This document shows, in pieces, positions 61,413-64,000 of a DNA stretch of 64,000 bases. Below the pieces are notes generated by a model. That model saw only the letters and a program-made list of their open reading frames with translations. It ran no database searches and had not been told where the DNA came from. The stretch covers positions 320,001 through 384,000 of the forward strand of contig CAVYES010000005.1 of the NCBI GenBank assembly GCA_963767735.1. The letters are read 5' to 3'. The stretch's first letter is position 1; each line of letters opens with the position of its first letter. Made by a program: the position numbers and the translations under genes. This stretch comes from Candidatus Bathyarchaeota archaeon (lineage in GTDB: Archaea; Thermoproteota; Bathyarchaeia; Bathyarchaeales; Bathycorpusculaceae).

Positions 61413-61679
61413 GTGGATCTTGCAGTTTTCTATGCCTCCGGAATAGCGCTGGTGGCAGTGGGAATCATCATTATTGTTGCAGCGATTATTTTGGTTTCCG
61501 CACGTGGGGCTGGAAAGGGTAAGGGTAAGGTCAAGGCTGCGGGTGTGATTATGATTGGTCCTATTCCGATAATTTTTGGGACAGATAAGAAATCAGTTAA
61601 GTCCGTTTTGGCGCTTGCTTTGGCGCTAACTATAGTGCTTGTGGTAGCTACGGTGATATATTACTGGTTGCTGAGGTAA
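61413..61679 (+). CDS. DUF131 (TIGR00304) membrane protein
   Basis: GVIMIGPIPIIFG. Confidence 0.85.
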   Translation: MDLAVFYASGIALVAVGIIIIVAAIILVSARGAGKGKGKVKAAGVIMIGPIPIIFGTDKKSVKSVLALALALTIVLVVATVIYYWLLR

Positions 61680-61685
61680 ACTTTC

Positions 61686-61976
61686 GTGTTAATCGAGCAG
61701 GAAGATGAGGAGGAAGGCATAACAATATCCAGTAGACTTTTTGGTTTTTTGATTTTGGGAATTGCCTTAGTTTTCGTTGGCATAGTGGTTTTGGTGGTTG
61801 TTTCGGTGTTCTTAGGCGGTTCAGGAAGTGTTGGGGTTGTTGTTTTTATAGGTCCATTTCCAATTGTTTTTGGATCCGGGCCAAATGCAACTTGGCTTAT
61901 CCTCTTAGGCATAATTATTGCTGTTGTAAGTGTATTGGTTTTTTGGGTTATGAATAGAAGGTTCGATTGGCTTTAA
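61686..61976 (+). CDS. DUF131 membrane protein (second copy)
   Basis: VVFIGPFPIVFG. Confidence 0.85.
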   Translation: MLIEQEDEEEGITISSRLFGFLILGIALVFVGIVVLVVVSVFLGGSGSVGVVVFIGPFPIVFGSGPNATWLILLGIIIAVVSVLVFWVMNRRFDWL

Positions 61977-61996
61977 AAAATTAAGAAGGAGGGGTT

Positions 61997-62119
61997 TTAC
62001 TCGTTTACTATCTCTTCATCTTTACCGTAATACCCGTAGAGAAAGATAAGAATTAAAGCGACAAATATTGAGCCCATTAATAGGTATTCTAAAGTTGTGA
62101 AGTATGCTCCAATGTCCAT
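61997..62119 (-). CDS. 40-aa single-TM microprotein (absent from ORF track)
   Basis: MDIGAYFTTLEYLLMGSIFVALILIFLYGYYGKDEEIVNE with GGAG upstream. Confidence 0.6.
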   Translation of the reverse strand: MDIGAYFTTLEYLLMGSIFVALILIFLYGYYGKDEEIVNE

Positions 62120-62163
62120 AGAGATTCTCCCTGATTTTTACTTATTCTTGTGCGTCTTAATAT

Positions 62164-62574
62164 TTAAGGAGTAGCTTTTTTCCACTCATTCATCAACATA
62201 TCATAGCACTCGTCAGTTTCCTCTATGATTTCAAACCAGCCTAGATTCTGCGCGACCTTCTGCGTTAACAGATGATAACACATGTGAACCTTCTTGTCTA
62301 ACACTCGAAAATAGAAATCGTCGCAGGTGCAAAATTCAGCTTCAGGCATAATTAGGTAGTCGCGTTCTCTGCCGACAACTATCCAGACGGTTTTTCCGCT
62401 CGGCTTGAAATTGTATTTTTTCACTCGGTTCTCTTTTAGGGCGTCAAGGGCTTTTGTGAATCTTGACCCGAAAAGCTCGTAGAGCTCGGTTAGGTTGTTG
62501 CCTGACAGTTTGCCTGCTGATTTTGCTTCTCTACAAATAGCGTTTAACGTATCTATCTCTGAATTATCGCTCAT
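62164..62574 (-). CDS. SWIM zinc-finger protein
   Basis: FCTCDDF..CYHL. Confidence 0.85.
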   Translation of the reverse strand: MSDNSEIDTLNAICREAKSAGKLSGNNLTELYELFGSRFTKALDALKENRVKKYNFKPSGKTVWIVVGRERDYLIMPEAEFCTCDDFYFRVLDKKVHMCYHLLTQKVAQNLGWFEIIEETDECYDMLMNEWKKATP

Positions 62575-62619
62575 TATACACTCGCAACTGGAAAGATTAG
62601 GGAAAATTGGATTTTGGCT

Positions 62620-63219
62620 TCAGACTATGTCGATTGGTTCTCCCTTAGGCTTAGTTTCCGCTTCAGCCTTGGGAAGCACCACTTCTAAGACGCCGTTTTT
62701 GTAGCTTGATTTTGCTTCTTTAACCTTTACTTTAACTGGTAACTCAACTTCCTTGAAGTACTTGTTCTGAGCAGTATCAACCGAAATCGTCAGCGAATCT
62801 TCCGTGCCGTGAAGTTTTATGTCGCCTTTTTCTACACCCGGAAGCTCCGCAACCACGTGGATTTCACCGTTTGTTTCAACAATGTCAACCAGTGGCTCGC
62901 GTTCGTCTTTAACCTGGGGCGCACCTTTGAGGCCCTTTTTTATGTTTCCAAACTCCTGAATCTCAGGTTTGCCGTCTGGACCAATCTTCATGCTGTAACC
63001 ATAAACGAAGGGACCAAGCTCCTTAACTGTGCTGCCATCGGGAAGTTTCCGCTCTTTCACGTATTCTTTAGGCACTTTCTCAGTGAAATCTTTCAGCTCT
63101 TCATCCATCATCTTTTCCATTTCACGAAACATGTCATCTATGTCACCGAAAAACGGTTCTTTCGCCTTTCTCTTCTTTGACCATTCAGGGGAATCCTCAT
63201 TATCAGAAGACATATACAC
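62620..63219 (-). CDS. hsp20: Archaeal small heat-shock protein Hsp20
   Basis: GPFVYGYS..GPDGKP..EFGN, EPLVD, AELPGV, YKNGVLEV. Confidence 0.95.
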   Translation of the reverse strand: MYMSSDNEDSPEWSKKRKAKEPFFGDIDDMFREMEKMMDEELKDFTEKVPKEYVKERKLPDGSTVKELGPFVYGYSMKIGPDGKPEIQEFGNIKKGLKGAPQVKDEREPLVDIVETNGEIHVVAELPGVEKGDIKLHGTEDSLTISVDTAQNKYFKEVELPVKVKVKEAKSSYKNGVLEVVLPKAEAETKPKGEPIDIV

Positions 63220-63410
63220 TCACCACAATACCTTGCGTTTTCCGCTCCAATAAATTTTATGCAATGAAAACGCTTATTTCATGCTGCTGACAGGAGCTTT
63301 TCCATTATTTTTTAGTGAATGAGCCGCAAGCAAAACTTAATCGTGCCTTTAAAAGTTTAAATCACTGAAAATAAACTAAATGACAGCAGCTAGCAAAAAA
63401 GTCGCAATTT

Positions 63411-63578
63411 GCCGGGGTAGCCTAGCCTGGCTAGGGCGCCAGACTCATAATCTGGTAAAAACACACAATCCAGATGAGAAATCTGGAGACTTAGGGGCTA
63501 AACGTCCAAAGCCAGAGGTCGCGGGCTCGAATCCCGCTCCAGAAACAGAATTAACGTCTGTTTCGGCGAACGGCACCA
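63411..63578 (+). tRNA. Elongator tRNA-Met(CAU) with three BHB introns (63450-63480, 63489-63517, 63541-63570) and encoded CCA
   Basis: Removing the three inserts gives GCCGGGG..CCAGA-CTCATAA-TCTGG-AGGTC-GCGGG-CTCGAAT-CCCGC-TCCCGGC-A-CCA. Confidence 0.88.
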
Positions 63579-63728
63579 ATTCGAGCCTAACTACCCACAA
63601 AATCGGCAAACCAAGCAAATTGATAACACCATTGATAACAAAACCGCAAAAATTGCTCGACCGCAAAAGCTAACAGTCGAAGACAGGAAAAATTTATTTT
63701 TCGCAATCTTAAATGAAGGTAGACAGCC

Positions 63729-64000
63729 ATGACACAGAATGAAGACGAATTCTATAAATCCTTTAACGATTGGCTAATCAATGAAAAAAAGATAGGCTCT
63801 AAAGTCGCTTACGAATATGTGCGCTTGAGTCGGCAATTCATGGCTAAAGCTAAAGATTTGACTGGCATTGATGGTATAAACATCGAAGACAAAATAAACG
63901 ATTTTCTAAACATTGAAAACCCCAATAGCTACAGAAACAACTTAGCAGCGATAAAGAAACTTTTTGAATTTGTCGGACAGCCCCAGCTTATGCAGAATTT
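63729..64000 (+). CDS. Probable tyrosine recombinase/integrase, N-terminal part (runs off window)
   Basis: MTQNEDEFYKSFNDWL..AYEYVR..NSYRNNLAAIKKLFEFVG resembles an integrase core-binding domain; 150 bp downstream of a tRNA. Confidence 0.6.
   Translation, partial: MTQNEDEFYKSFNDWLINEKKIGSKVAYEYVRLSRQFMAKAKDLTGIDGINIEDKINDFLNIENPNSYRNNLAAIKKLFEFVGQPQLMQN

Noticed and set aside
663-63253. Numerous antisense or nested ORFs in the track (e.g. 6832-7344, 36564-37040, 48763-49323)
   Set aside because: They are shadows of confident genes on the opposite strand or in another frame, with no motifs of their own.
63380-63673. 97-aa and 73-aa ORFs; likewise 44203-44397
   Set aside because: They overlap tRNA genes and are spurious.

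Overview
Archaeal chromosomal segment, most likely Bathyarchaeia. This is inferred from the gene set: type IB topoisomerase, Ftr, aRF1, Alba, RPA, DUF39/NIL homocysteine genes, and many secreted beta-propeller and NosD surface proteins. Housekeeping blocks (1-19 kb, 44.5-52 kb, 59.5-63 kb) flank an accessory, surface-protein-rich region (20-44.3 kb) that ends at a tRNA-Ala(UGC) gene. Main observations: (1) Two tandem ~3.6-kb single-gene units with no integrase are stacked at the tRNA-Ala 3' end. Each begins with a copy of the tRNA 3' end and two copies of a 19-bp motif (AAGTGGnGrTGTCwCCCGy), then has a near-identical promoter, a divergent ~980-aa surface protein and a conserved covarying structured element. 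(2) The same motif and a decayed tRNA end recur at 57-59 kb around a membrane-anchored gene with a dead-Mrr-like and a TIR-like domain. (3) A tRNA-Met(CAU) has three BHB introns, one in the acceptor stem (68/69), and is followed by the start of a probable tyrosine integrase. (4) Exact 10-bp-phased repeat arrays lie upstream of surface-protein promoters. An ISH3-family IS with a 5-bp TSD sits in one cassette. All calls come from reading the sequence and motifs by eye; no database searches were run.
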